NCBI GenBank assembly: GCA_963713615.1
Contig: CAVQMM010000001.1
Coordinates: forward strand, 808,667 to 872,666
Direction of reading: 5' to 3'
DNA: 64,000 nucleotides
Source of the DNA: an uncultured Chlamydiae bacterium
GTDB lineage: Bacteria > Chlamydiota > Chlamydiia > Chlamydiales > JAJFMA01
Shown here: in pieces, positions 37,930-47,576 of the stretch
Position numbering within the stretch: position 1 is the stretch's first letter
How the letters are laid out: every line of letters starts with the position of its first letter
The notes under the pieces: generated by a model
What the model was told of the DNA's origin: nothing
What the model saw: the letters and a program-made list of their open reading frames with translations, nothing else
Database searches by the model: none
Program-made: the position numbers and the translations under genes

Positions 37930-38830
37930 TATTGTTTAATAGATGTCCATATGAGGTAATTGCAGAAGTAATTGGGCTCTCATGGATCGATTCTTTGAAA
38001 AAAAAATCACTTTTTTTTGTGAGAAGGCGATTCTGGAGAGCTTAAGTGGTATGGCACTATCCAGTCTGGAAAGACAGGCTTTTCTCCCTTCCCAGGCCCG
38101 AAGGGTCGATATTGCAACAGGCCATGGCATAGCCATGGTATATGCCAGGAAGGGATTTCGCAGTCCGATGGACTGCTACAAGACGCCAGTTTACAAACAC
38201 CATTTATGCATGCGCTTTATGGCAGCCCTACAGGCTGCTAAAACCGTTTTGGCATATACCATGGCATAGCCACATAGGCCTCAACCTAACAGGTCTTTTG
38301 AGCTTATATCTCAATGACTTAGGACTTCACAATCGTATCTCGGCGCGCAGCGCTTTGGAGTGCGGTCGCTTGCGACCGCTTTTCGTTCCTTGGGACGGCA
38401 ATGCTAAACGGCATTGTATGGATTCGTCGAAGGCTGCATGTACTAACTATTTTACCCTTAGGGAATTATAGTGATGCCGTTGCACACGACCGTCGCAAGG
38501 AACCCAAAGCGGTCGCAAGCGACCGCACTCCAAAGCGCTGCGCGCCGAGATACGATTGTTAGGCTTAGGTTGAGGCCTATGTGGCATAGCCATGGTATAT
38601 GCCAGGAAGGGATTTCGCAGTCTGAAGGACTGCTACAAGACGCCAGTTTGCAAACACCATTTATGCATGCGCTTTATGGCAGCCCTACAGGCTGCTAAAA
38701 CCGTTTTGGCATATACCATGGCGATGCCATGGCCTGTTGCAATATCGACCCTTCGGGCCTGGGAAGGGAATGACTCTCTCTTCACCGGCATCCGATTTTC
38801 AGGAAATTGACTTCGGAAAATCGGACTTCT
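37930..38830. repeat. composite nested foldback: family-E arms flanking a family-B element
   Basis: E-left (37930-38340, includes the inverted pair CATGGCATAGCCATGGTATATGCCAGG / TGGCATATACCATGGCATAGCCACATAGGCCTCAACC), then B (38341-38549), then E-right in inverted orientation (38550-38830). The latter ends ...TTCAGGAAATTGACTTCGGAAAATCGGACTTCTGCAATTACCTCA. The same architecture recurs at 58380-61470 with an IS66 inserted. Confidence 0.7.
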
Positions 38831-38834
38831 GCAA

Positions 38835-39300
38835 TTACCTCATATTGTCAATTTTTAAGCTACACGTCATTGGCAAATTTGCTTGGATTCGCTCTAGCTG
38901 GGTCCGCGCATCCTCATCAAGACATGGTAAATCGATAACTTTGGGGATCAATTCTCTCAGAATAGTTTGTAGTTGGTTCATCGCCCGGTCGTTGACTTGT
39001 GCTTCGCATGCGCAAAGGTATATTCGTCCGATATTTTTCTGGCTAGTCCCTCGGCTTTCATCGAGTCTAGAGCCCACTTGACGGATGTAGGCCCCAGCGC
39101 TATGAGACTGCATAAACCAAGGATGAGACTTTCTAGGGTGGCAAGTAATGCGTCGCTTGACTTCCCGCTGCCGAAGATCCCCAACGATGCCTCGATTATG
39201 GAGCAGTTCCGCATCCTTGGTGGTGCAATGTTGAGTTATCCGAAGCCTACAGGCGTAATCAACATGATTCGTCCTGATGGTACCCAACCAGACCCTAGGG
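38835..39300 (-). pseudogene. internally deleted paralog fragment of the 42986-44602 gene
   Basis: 38978-39214 (ATLESLILGLCSLIALGPTSVKWALDSMKAEGLARKISDEYTFAH) matches the N-terminal part of the 538-aa protein. 38835-38990 (AMNQLQTILRELIPKVIDLPCLDEDARTQLERIQANLPMT) matches its C-terminus. The nucleotide identity extends to 42965-43140 and 44320-44460. Confidence 0.65.
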
Positions 39301-39680
39301 GTTACAACGGGACCGGGCTGGTTGATATACCGTGGGGTTTGAATATCGATGGTAATGATGATGTCTGGATCGGTAACTTTCGTGGCCGTGGAGTTGTTTT
39401 GATGGCTGGAGCCGAGCCGAAGGGCCATCCTGCAAACACAAAGACCGGCGATATCATCCACGTTTTCCAGAGTGGTAGCATTCAGATGCTCACGGATGTA
39501 TCGATCGATCCGGCTGGCAACGTTTGGGCAGCGAACAACTGGAATCTACCAGAAGCTGCCGTCGGGGATCCTCCCTCTTATCCCACCTCAACTTGGGGCG
39601 GAGGGTCGGGCCTGACAATAATCTATGGAGTGGCAGCACCAGTAAAGCCGCCACGCATTGGCTCAGTGCGCAAATTCTAG
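39198..39680 (+). CDS. beta-propeller-like protein fragment (possible truncated gene)
   Basis: The C-terminal 160 codons (WIGNFRGRGVVLMAG...IHVFQSGS...SIDPAGNVWAANNW) look like propeller blades. The first about 75 codons of the track ORF are antisense to the duplicated fragment above and are not credible. Confidence 0.3.
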   Translation: MEQFRILGGAMLSYPKPTGVINMIRPDGTQPDPRGYNGTGLVDIPWGLNIDGNDDVWIGNFRGRGVVLMAGAEPKGHPANTKTGDIIHVFQSGSIQMLTDVSIDPAGNVWAANNWNLPEAAVGDPPSYPTSTWGGGSGLTIIYGVAAPVKPPRIGSVRKF

Positions 39681-39794
39681 GGATTCAAAGCCCAATGGAA
39701 CGAAAGGCCACGCCAAACAAGAGAAGATAGGCTGCGCAGAACCTATCTTCATCAGAATCACAGAGTTAATTCTATTTTAAAAAATCAATAGGAT

Positions 39795-40045
39795 AGAGTT
39801 GGAATAGATTCGGGTCAAATCCTCTCCACTCCTACCCCCTTTCCGCTTTAAGCACATTGTCAGCCCTATTTGCATTTTGAAGGTGGGAGTGATCCTGCCT
39901 ATCATGCCGCGAAGCGATCCTGCAGATCCTGTTAAAGTCCATTTTAGCCTTATCTACAACATCTATCCTGTACTCAACAAGCTGAGGATCACTCTCACCT
40001 TCAAAATACAAATAGGACTGACAATTTGCTTATAGTGGAATGGAT
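39795..40045. repeat. family-C foldback element
   Basis: Arms GCACATTGTCAGCCCTATTTGCATTTTGAAGGTGGGAGTGATCC / GGATCACTCTCACCTTCAAAATACAAATAGGACTGACAATTTGC around a loop containing TAAAGTCCATTTTAGCCTTATCTACAACATCT. Related copies occur at 51100-51260 and 51440-51480; a fragment is at 30636-30652. Confidence 0.65.
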
Positions 40046-40114
40046 TCTTTGCTGCGTTGACAGCATGCTTCCACGATGTTAGAGTATTCTCAACATTAAA
40101 TAGGAGCTTTGCGC

Positions 40115-40750
40115 ATGACTAGAGAAACGATTCATCTCGCGATTTACGACACCATGTCAGATTGGGAGGTGGGCTATGTCGTCGCGCATTTAAATTCGCC
40201 GGAATTCCAGAAAACGCCTACCCGGTTTCAGGTGAAAACAGTCGGCGCTTCGCTTGAGCCCATCGTTAGCAAAGGCGGACTACGGATACTTCCCGACCTC
40301 AGCTTGAGCATGCTGGAGCCCCAAGACAGCCGCATGCTGATTTTGCCCGGTGCCGATAGTGCCGCAACAGGAGGGATTGACGAATTCGTCAAAAAGGCAG
40401 CTCAGTTTTTGAAAGCCGGGGTTCCGGTCGCCGCCATTTGTGGTGCGACGGCTGCACTTGCAAAGTTTGGGCTACTGGACGCATTGCCACACACGAGTAA
40501 CGCAAAAATCGTTCTGGAAATGGTGGGTTACAAAGGCGGTTTCCACTATCAAGACAAGCTTGCCGTCACTTCTGGAAATGTGATCACCGCCAGTGGAATT
40601 GCCCCAATCGAATTTGCAATGGAGATCTTTCGTAAACTTGATGTTTACTCCGAGGCAACTTTGCAGGCTTGGTACAAGTTATACAGGGATCAGAATCCAG
40701 AAGGCTTTTACGAACTCGTGGCGGAACATGGTTCTCCAGTAGAGTCGTAG
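40115..40750 (+). CDS. DJ-1/PfpI-family (class-I glutamine amidotransferase-like) protein
   Basis: IHLAIYDTMSDWEV...LILPGAD...VAAICGATAAL with the nucleophile-elbow Cys in AICGA. Confidence 0.75.
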   Translation: MTRETIHLAIYDTMSDWEVGYVVAHLNSPEFQKTPTRFQVKTVGASLEPIVSKGGLRILPDLSLSMLEPQDSRMLILPGADSAATGGIDEFVKKAAQFLKAGVPVAAICGATAALAKFGLLDALPHTSNAKIVLEMVGYKGGFHYQDKLAVTSGNVITASGIAPIEFAMEIFRKLDVYSEATLQAWYKLYRDQNPEGFYELVAEHGSPVES

Positions 40751-40755
40751 AGCCA

Positions 40756-42336
40756 TTAATGAACGTACCCTCTGAAACGACCTTCGCACGTTTTTCTCAC
40801 AAAAGTAATAGGTTTAAATGATCGAAATCCTTCGAAAGGGATTTCTATTTGATCAGTCCTCTGTGAGGAATCTTTAAAAAACGTGAAATCAATGATGGGA
40901 TTGATCCCATACACGAGCAATTCGCTGAATTTACCGCTAAACACATTGTCGGATTTAAAATAGAGCGGAGTGGTTGTTTTGCCATAGGATGCTAGGAGCC
41001 TATTATTCTCGATTTTTAATTCCACATTCCCATAAGCAGGATGGGTATAAATCCCGGTATAGGTTTCCAACGTTTCAATGGAAGGAACTAGACTCTGCTC
41101 AGCAAATAGGGCTAGAGCTTCGTCTAGGGCATCTCTAGTTTTTGTGCGTAGGTCCTGGAATTTGCTTACCCAATCGACATCTTCTGTTTTCAGAACTTTA
41201 TCAAAAATCTGATTTTTGATCACTGAAGCAGCATATCGACCATCAGTACTGCTATTGGTCAAAATAACGATTCCTATGCCCAGGTCCGGCAAGAAGGCAA
41301 CTTCAGAGGAAAATCCATCAAGGTCACCACCATGATTAACTTGGTTCTGGTCTCTGTACTTGCCGACAAACCATCCTAATCCATATCCCAAGTGATAAGC
41401 TTTTTCATCTGCCTTCGGCGATGAGGAAAACGGCATCTGAATCGTATGAGTTTCTTCCAACGTTTGGCTTTGAATAATAGGAGGATTTGCAAATTGGCCT
41501 TTTCCAAGCTGGAATTTTAGCCAGTTGGCCATGTCTAAGGCGTTCGAGATGATTCCTCCGCCAGGATTAACGGAAAACGGGCTGCGAAACGGTATTTTTG
41601 TAACGATTCCCTCAATTTCGGCATAGGGCAAAGAAAAGTTGTCTGTAGTCTTCTGCAACTCTTCAACAGAAGTGATTGAATGTTTCATAGCGAGAGGCTT
41701 TAACAACCGAGAAGAGATTTGCTCTTCCCAGGATTGTCCTGTGAGTCTTTCGACGATTATTCCCGCTACGGCATACATAAAATTATTGTATTGAAACTCT
41801 TGACGCAGATCACAGACTGGTTCAAGATGTTTTAGAAGCCCAACGACAGACGATCTAGAGATCTCGGAAAAAAACCAGATCGGGTCGTGGCGAGCTAACC
41901 CTGTCCGGTGTGCGAGTAGATCTCGGATTGTCAATTGAGTCGTTCTGTCTGGATCGGCTAGGTCGAGTTCTGGAATGTATTTTTGAACAGGGTCGTCGAG
42001 ATCTATTTTACCTTCGTCCACGAATTGAGCTAACGTCAAGGCAGTAAAAGCTTTAGTGCAGGAAGCGATCGGAAATAGTGTTTGTTCAGTCACGGGTAAT
42101 TTGTGATGTAGGTCACGAAAACCATATCCTCGAGAGAGGACGACTTGGTCATCAGCGACTATGCTTATGGATACTCCGGGCACGTTAAAATTCTTAATGG
42201 CGTCGTTTACGATCGTGTCGATGTCGTTGATAGAAAGATTAAATTTCTCGCAAGAGCCTTGGCGTGGGCCCAAATCCAAATTTGTGAATCCCAGAAAAAT
42301 AGACATTGCTAGACAAAATAGAAGCAGACTACGCAT
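40756..42336 (-). CDS. secreted serine hydrolase of the beta-lactamase / penicillin-binding-protein (class C) family
   Basis: Signal peptide; SxxK motif in PIASCTKAFTALTL; YxN-like and downstream family blocks; C-terminal extra domain. 526 aa. Confidence 0.8.
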   Translation of the reverse strand: MRSLLLFCLAMSIFLGFTNLDLGPRQGSCEKFNLSINDIDTIVNDAIKNFNVPGVSISIVADDQVVLSRGYGFRDLHHKLPVTEQTLFPIASCTKAFTALTLAQFVDEGKIDLDDPVQKYIPELDLADPDRTTQLTIRDLLAHRTGLARHDPIWFFSEISRSSVVGLLKHLEPVCDLRQEFQYNNFMYAVAGIIVERLTGQSWEEQISSRLLKPLAMKHSITSVEELQKTTDNFSLPYAEIEGIVTKIPFRSPFSVNPGGGIISNALDMANWLKFQLGKGQFANPPIIQSQTLEETHTIQMPFSSSPKADEKAYHLGYGLGWFVGKYRDQNQVNHGGDLDGFSSEVAFLPDLGIGIVILTNSSTDGRYAASVIKNQIFDKVLKTEDVDWVSKFQDLRTKTRDALDEALALFAEQSLVPSIETLETYTGIYTHPAYGNVELKIENNRLLASYGKTTTPLYFKSDNVFSGKFSELLVYGINPIIDFTFFKDSSQRTDQIEIPFEGFRSFKPITFVRKTCEGRFRGYVH

Positions 42337-42515
42337 ATCTTAATGTTCCCATACAAATGAGCTGATTTGGAAACACCATTTTATATTTTTTTATATTTTG
42401 AAATCAAGTCTGTTTACATATATATCTTTGTAGTTAAGGAACCAATGTCCTGTATGGCGCAGTCATTCCATACACGGTGTTGTATGCATCTTTTTCTTGA
42501 TTCACAATCGTCAAT

Positions 42516-42935
42516 CGGCGCGCAGCGCTTTGGAGTGCGTGTCGCTCGCGACCGCTTTGGATTTGGGTGAACTAGGCATTGCAAGAAACGTAACCCTTCG
42601 CTCTAGGGGTAACTGTGGGGGTTTAAGCCTCCGTAGAACGGTGCGCGATTCAATAGGCTCGCCCAAATCCAAAGCGGTCGCGAGCGACACGCACTCCAAA
42701 GCCATAGGCATCAACTTAAGCAACTAACTTCGTAAATAGGCGCGCAGCGCTTTGGAGTGCGCGTCGCTCGCGACCGCTTTGGATTTGGGTGAACTAGGCA
42801 TTGCAAGAAACGTAACCCTTCGCTCTAGGGGTAACTGTGGGGGTTTAAGCCTCCAAAGAACGGTGCGCGATTCAATAGGCTCGCCCAAATCCAAAGCGGT
42901 CGCGAGCGACCGCACTCCAAAGCGCTGCGCGCCTA
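42516..42935. repeat. two tandem family-B elements (42516-42703 and 42739-42935)
   Basis: Both carry the CGGCGCGCAGCGCTTTGGAGTGCG...TIRs; central tract GTGGGGGTTTAAGCC (G5). Confidence 0.8.
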
Positions 42936-42985
42936 GTGACGATTGTGATTCCAAAGCCGTGGGATGCAAAACATGAGCTTTGCAT

Positions 42986-44602
42986 TCACGTCATAGGCAA
43001 ATTTGCTAGGATTCGCTCTAGCTGGGTCTGCTCACCCTCATCAAGACATGGTAAATTGATAACTTTGGGGATCAATTCTTTCAGAATAGTTTGTAGTTGG
43101 TTCATCGCCCCGCCGTTAACTTGGGCTTTGCACTGTTTCTGGATCGCTTTAATCAAAGTAACCTGCATGCGTACGCTGCTATCTTTGCGTATAGTTTCCA
43201 ATTTCTCGAGCAGTTTCATTATTGGGGAGATAAATTGGTCTTTATCGACGAGACCGGCTAATATGGCAGCTCTTTTGACTAAATCCGAGATTTTCCGCTC
43301 AATTGCCTCTCCAGCTGACTCCCACAATTCAGGGTCTGGTTCTTTCGCTATTGCTTTTAGTTGCGCGACGACCTCGGCTAGTTTATCGCAACAGGCAGCA
43401 AGTTGCGCGAGGGTCTCGATCGTGCCCAGAGGACTCAGATTCAGCTTATTTTTAATAGCTTCTAATCGCCGCTTAGGGATGCGATTTAACGAACGCCGTA
43501 AACTGGCTAATGCGTATTTAATTCCACGCCTATAGCGCAGTGAAAGAAAAGCAAAGGTCAAAGGATAGATTAAAAATTCAGCAATGGCGAGCGGATCCGT
43601 TTTTACTCTCTCCCAACTGGAGGAAAGAATGGAAGAGATATAGTCTGCCGAGACTGATAACGGAGTTACTATCAAAACCGATATAGGCGTGTGCCATGAG
43701 AGGGATGGCATCCACTCCCATGAAGACGATGAGTCGTCCTGCCCCAACTTTGTTGGGGAAAGGGAGCCTGATGAGCTATAGGAGTCGAGCGTTTCAGATT
43801 CAGAAGAGATGATCTTCATGTTCAATAGACTGCCAAAGATAGTCCCTCTGAATGTGGAATGTATGCTGGCAAATAGTGAATCCATCAAACCATCGAGAAG
43901 CAATCGCATCCCATCAAATTTGGCAGTCAAATCATCAACGGTTGGCCGCAAGGCGTCAGGTATTGGTATCTCTAAACCATAGGCTACCGCCCACTCCTTG
44001 TATCGTGTTAAATCTAGTCTGGTTGCTCCGGCAAGTGCCAAGACACCTGTTACTGCTATGGTGGCTCGAGGATAATAGCGCACAATTTGATAAAATGCCT
44101 TCGGGACACCGAGCAATCCATGGGCGATTTTTTGAGATACATGAAGCACACGAGCAATATTAGCGTGTCCTGACAAACCCGAGGCAGCTTCGCCAGCTGC
44201 TTGGATGGCTGGTAGCAACCAATAATAGATACTCACCCCCCATTCTGGGTTGAGCAAGATCACCCCACTTCCCAGTATGGAATAGCTGCCTATGCGGATT
44301 GCTTTGCTAAGGGTATCCCAGCAATGCGCAAAGGTATATTCGTCCGATATTTTTCTGGCTAGTCCCTCGGCTTTCATCGAGTCTAGAGCCCACTTGACGG
44401 ATGTAGGCCCCAGCGCTATGAGACTGCATAAACCAAGGATGAGACTTTCTAGGGTGGCTGTAATGGCTACGCTAATGGCGCCTGGAATACGGATCGGATA
44501 GAGGCTTGCCCCTAGACTATCTGATGTCTCTGCAATCGTTGCTCGATCCTGGATCCAGTCAACAACATTTTGGGTATGAATTGTACTTGGTCCTAGTAAC
44601 AT
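42986..44602 (-). CDS. hypothetical membrane protein (538 aa), possible inclusion-membrane-type protein
   Basis: Several long hydrophobic segments (AISVAITATLESLILGLCSLIALG; ILGSGVILLNPEWGVSIYYWLLPAI; IAVTGVLALAGAT); Ser-rich low-complexity middle region; C-terminal coiled-coil region. A degraded paralog lies at 38835-39300. Confidence 0.55.
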   Translation of the reverse strand: MLLGPSTIHTQNVVDWIQDRATIAETSDSLGASLYPIRIPGAISVAITATLESLILGLCSLIALGPTSVKWALDSMKAEGLARKISDEYTFAHCWDTLSKAIRIGSYSILGSGVILLNPEWGVSIYYWLLPAIQAAGEAASGLSGHANIARVLHVSQKIAHGLLGVPKAFYQIVRYYPRATIAVTGVLALAGATRLDLTRYKEWAVAYGLEIPIPDALRPTVDDLTAKFDGMRLLLDGLMDSLFASIHSTFRGTIFGSLLNMKIISSESETLDSYSSSGSLSPTKLGQDDSSSSWEWMPSLSWHTPISVLIVTPLSVSADYISSILSSSWERVKTDPLAIAEFLIYPLTFAFLSLRYRRGIKYALASLRRSLNRIPKRRLEAIKNKLNLSPLGTIETLAQLAACCDKLAEVVAQLKAIAKEPDPELWESAGEAIERKISDLVKRAAILAGLVDKDQFISPIMKLLEKLETIRKDSSVRMQVTLIKAIQKQCKAQVNGGAMNQLQTILKELIPKVINLPCLDEGEQTQLERILANLPMT

Positions 44603-44972
44603 TTTTGTCTCTTTGTCTCGGTAATGTCTGGTTTTCAGTCAATCAGTCCCACAAAGGAATTGAAAAGTGAAAATAAAAAAACGTTGATATTGTTCCTCGT
44701 TTGATCAATAAAATGTTATTAGGCATACTATGATGCACAAACAGTGTGATCGGATTTGCCTTGACGGTATAGTAATTATTTGCTATTATTGTGTCATCAT
44801 CAGATTTAACTTAAGGTGCAAGATGCGCAGCTAATCCAATCCAGACGACCGCCTAAGGACTGTGTCTTTGGGTCATTATTTGGCAGGGTTCCGCGCGCTT
44901 CCATCCATTCTTACTGCAACGTTCTGTGCACAACCCTGCGTGAGTCCATTACCTTCTCACCGGGATTAGCCT

Positions 44973-46649
44973 ATGTCGCAGCTCATAAAATTAGATTCAG
45001 TCACCAAGACGTTTGGTCCAAAGTGCATCTTAGATAATGTTTCGCTGGTAATCAACCAAACTGACCGACTTGCCCTAATCGGGGCAAATGGAAGCGGAAA
45101 GTCTACGCTGGTCAGGATTTTAACTGGCCTTGAATCGGCCGACAGTGGCCTTGTCGTCAGATCCCCCACTCTCATGATAGCCTATTTGCCTCAAGAGATC
45201 GAACTAGGAAAAAGGCTGATAACAATTGAGGAGTATTTACAGGAGGCGGCAGGCGGATTGAACTCTCTGCAACAGGAAATGCTGAGGCTAGAAGAGCTCA
45301 TGGCCTCTCCCCTACCTTCGGATCAGTTAGAGCGGCTCTTGGTGGTTTATGGCGATGTTCAAGAGCGCTTTCAGGGGTGCGATGGCTATAACATGGAATA
45401 CCGTATCCAAGAGGTGCTTGAGGGGCTTTCTCTAGATCATATAGACCACCAACGTCAGCTGTCATCATTGAGCGGGGGTGAGCGACGTCGCGTGGCTCTG
45501 GCCGCTTTGTTGTTGTCATCGCCTCAACTGTTGGTTTTGGATGAACCGACCAATGACTTGGACTTTCAAAGCTTAGAATGGCTAGAAACGCACTTAAGTG
45601 GCTATCCAAATGCCCTGCTGGTGATCAGTCATGAACGGGATTTTCTCGATCGTGTGACCACGGGGATTTTGGAGTTGGACGACCATCATCACCAGCTGAG
45701 TTACTTTCCGGGCAATTATGCAAACTATTTACAGGAGCGCCTGCGTCGAGAGGAGGTTCAGCGAGCAGAATACGAAGAATATCGAGAACAGGTCAAAGAA
45801 CTCCACACCTATATCAAGAGTCAATCGTATGGTCTTGCAGCTCCAGCGCCACCAAAAGATCGAAATATTATGGCCTATAACAGTCATGGCGAAGCCGCTA
45901 TGGCGATGCGTGCGAGGCGCATACGACAAGCAAAAGCAAAGTTGGAGGATTTGTTAAACAGCCCGGTGCAACGCCCTGCACGTGGTGCGTGGGCGTCAAT
46001 GACCTTTCATCATGATGAGTCGACCAATCATAAAGTCCTTGAAGCAATATCGTTGAGCAAGAGCTTTGGTGACAAGACCATCATTGCTAACCTGTCGGTG
46101 ACTATTCATGGTCTAGATCGGATTGCTCTGGTAGGTCCTAATGGCAGTGGCAAAAGTACGCTCGCCAAGCTTTTGTGTGGTCTACTCCCACCCGACAGCG
46201 GTTCAATCAGCCATGCTTCAACGGCTCGTTTGGTCTACGTTGCGCAGGGATGGGAAGGTCTAATATTGAGCAATACAGTTTTAGAGGAATACCGGCGTGC
46301 CAGAGGTGGTGGAGATGAGGGCGAGCTACGTTCAGAGTTGCATAAGTATGGGTTATTCGCTGGTGAAGAGGTGTTTCGCTATGTAGAGGCTTTAAGCAGC
46401 GGTATGCGTCAAAGGCTAAAACTTGCTCAGGCACTAGCTCAAAAGCCGAATGTGCTGGTGTTGGATGAACCGACGAACCACCTCGACCTCATGAGTATTG
46501 AGAGTCTTGAAAAGGCTCTGCGCGAATATCAAGGTGCACTGCTGCTTATTTCACACGATCGCAGGCTCGTAGAACGCCTCACCACCTCGCAGTGGGTGTG
46601 TGATGGTTTTAGGAGTAACACGGATGCACACGGATCTAGGAGGATTTAG
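44973..46649 (+). CDS. ABC-F family ATPase (tandem ABC domains, no TMD)
   Basis: Two Walker A motifs ([18 protein letters not shown]), two LSGGE signatures and a charged inter-domain linker. The 3' end runs into a family-A repeat. Confidence 0.85.
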   Translation: MSQLIKLDSVTKTFGPKCILDNVSLVINQTDRLALIGANGSGKSTLVRILTGLESADSGLVVRSPTLMIAYLPQEIELGKRLITIEEYLQEAAGGLNSLQQEMLRLEELMASPLPSDQLERLLVVYGDVQERFQGCDGYNMEYRIQEVLEGLSLDHIDHQRQLSSLSGGERRRVALAALLLSSPQLLVLDEPTNDLDFQSLEWLETHLSGYPNALLVISHERDFLDRVTTGILELDDHHHQLSYFPGNYANYLQERLRREEVQRAEYEEYREQVKELHTYIKSQSYGLAAPAPPKDRNIMAYNSHGEAAMAMRARRIRQAKAKLEDLLNSPVQRPARGAWASMTFHHDESTNHKVLEAISLSKSFGDKTIIANLSVTIHGLDRIALVGPNGSGKSTLAKLLCGLLPPDSGSISHASTARLVYVAQGWEGLILSNTVLEEYRRARGGGDEGELRSELHKYGLFAGEEVFRYVEALSSGMRQRLKLAQALAQKPNVLVLDEPTNHLDLMSIESLEKALREYQGALLLISHDRRLVERLTTSQWVCDGFRSNTDAHGSRRI

Positions 46650-46825
46650 GAGGATAGGATGAAATGGAAATTGAATTCATATTGATCCATTCCATCCTAA
46701 TACCATTTTTATCGTTTAGAATGATGAACTAGTTTTTTCCATCCTATCCTCCTAAATCCTCCTAGATCCGTGTGCATCCGTGTTATTCCTAAAAACGACA
46801 CGAACCGTCACCATCACACACACTA
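46600..46825. repeat. family-A foldback element (core copy)
   Basis: TTTTAGGAGTAACACGGATGCACACGGATCTAGGAGGATTTAGGAGGATAGGATG ... complement. It is flanked by GTGTGTGATGG / CCATCACACACAC and overlaps the 3' ends of the convergent ABC-F and SIMPL genes. Confidence 0.75.
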
Positions 46826-47515
46826 TTCGTATTCGATTTCGAGGGTAACCGTGGCTGTGGTCTCTTGTTGCTGGGGCAAAACCTGCGTGGGAGCGGGTTC
46901 GCGAGTTTCAAAATGCATTGCTCTTGGAGCATAGAAAATGCCCCCACCAAAGGGCGCTACGGTGACCTTAGAGATTTGCTTGCGTTTAAGCCCGAGTGAA
47001 GAGAGGACTGTCTTTGCCTGTTCTAGGGCGTCCTTGCTGGCAGCTTGAAGTGCTTTGTTTTTGGCTACAGTGGATGTAGATTCGTCTGGGCGTTGACTCA
47101 GGTTTTGCAAGCGATTTGCGCCTGCTTTAAAGGCGCTATCGATCAAGGGCCCGGCCTTTTGGAGTGAAGCAGAGAAGGTAATGCTATTAGATCCGACAAA
47201 ACCGACGACAATAGATGCATTGTCCTTGCTATATTCAGGACTGATATTCATCGTGCCCGTTTGCAGTTTGTCGACCTTGTGCTGTTGAAGAATTTCGATG
47301 ACAGGTTGCATTTGCTGGGCAAGCTTCTGCTGTACCTGCAGAGCATCTCGACCTTGCACCTCCACGGATAATTCTACATCTGCTGTAGAGGTCTCAGCGG
47401 TGGCCTTACCCTGTCCCACCACGGTTAAAATATTTCGATTGTTGGCGCCGTCATCTGCTGTCAGTGGCACTGCGAATAACAAATATAGCACAAAAAATTT
47501 AATACGCATGACCAT
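46823..47515 (-). CDS. SIMPL-domain (DUF541/BP26-like) secreted protein
   Basis: Signal peptide plus the characteristic length and pattern of the SIMPL family (TVVGQGKATAE...VELSVEVQGRDA...). Confidence 0.7.
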   Translation of the reverse strand: MVMRIKFFVLYLLFAVPLTADDGANNRNILTVVGQGKATAETSTADVELSVEVQGRDALQVQQKLAQQMQPVIEILQQHKVDKLQTGTMNISPEYSKDNASIVVGFVGSNSITFSASLQKAGPLIDSAFKAGANRLQNLSQRPDESTSTVAKNKALQAASKDALEQAKTVLSSLGLKRKQISKVTVAPFGGGIFYAPRAMHFETREPAPTQVLPQQQETTATVTLEIEYE

Positions 47516-47576
47516 CCTCTGCTTTATCGATGTTTAACGAACCATAGCAGAGAGCGCTAGCAACCTAAAGTGAAAC

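Noticed and set aside
38341-38549. Apparent inversion of the interior of family-B and family-D elements between copies (38341-38549 versus 61092-61272; 13792-13943 versus 63793-63960), suggesting an invertible DNA switch
   Set aside because: The asymmetric positions in the terminal inverted repeats (TTTT versus TTGGG) flip together with the interior. The simplest reading is the same element inserted in opposite orientations, not site-specific inversion.
38973-39197. N-terminal 75 codons of ORF 38973-39680, and the similar ORF 44292-44501
   Set aside because: They are antisense to the duplicated membrane-protein gene sequence. The similarity between them is a by-product of the nucleotide duplication.
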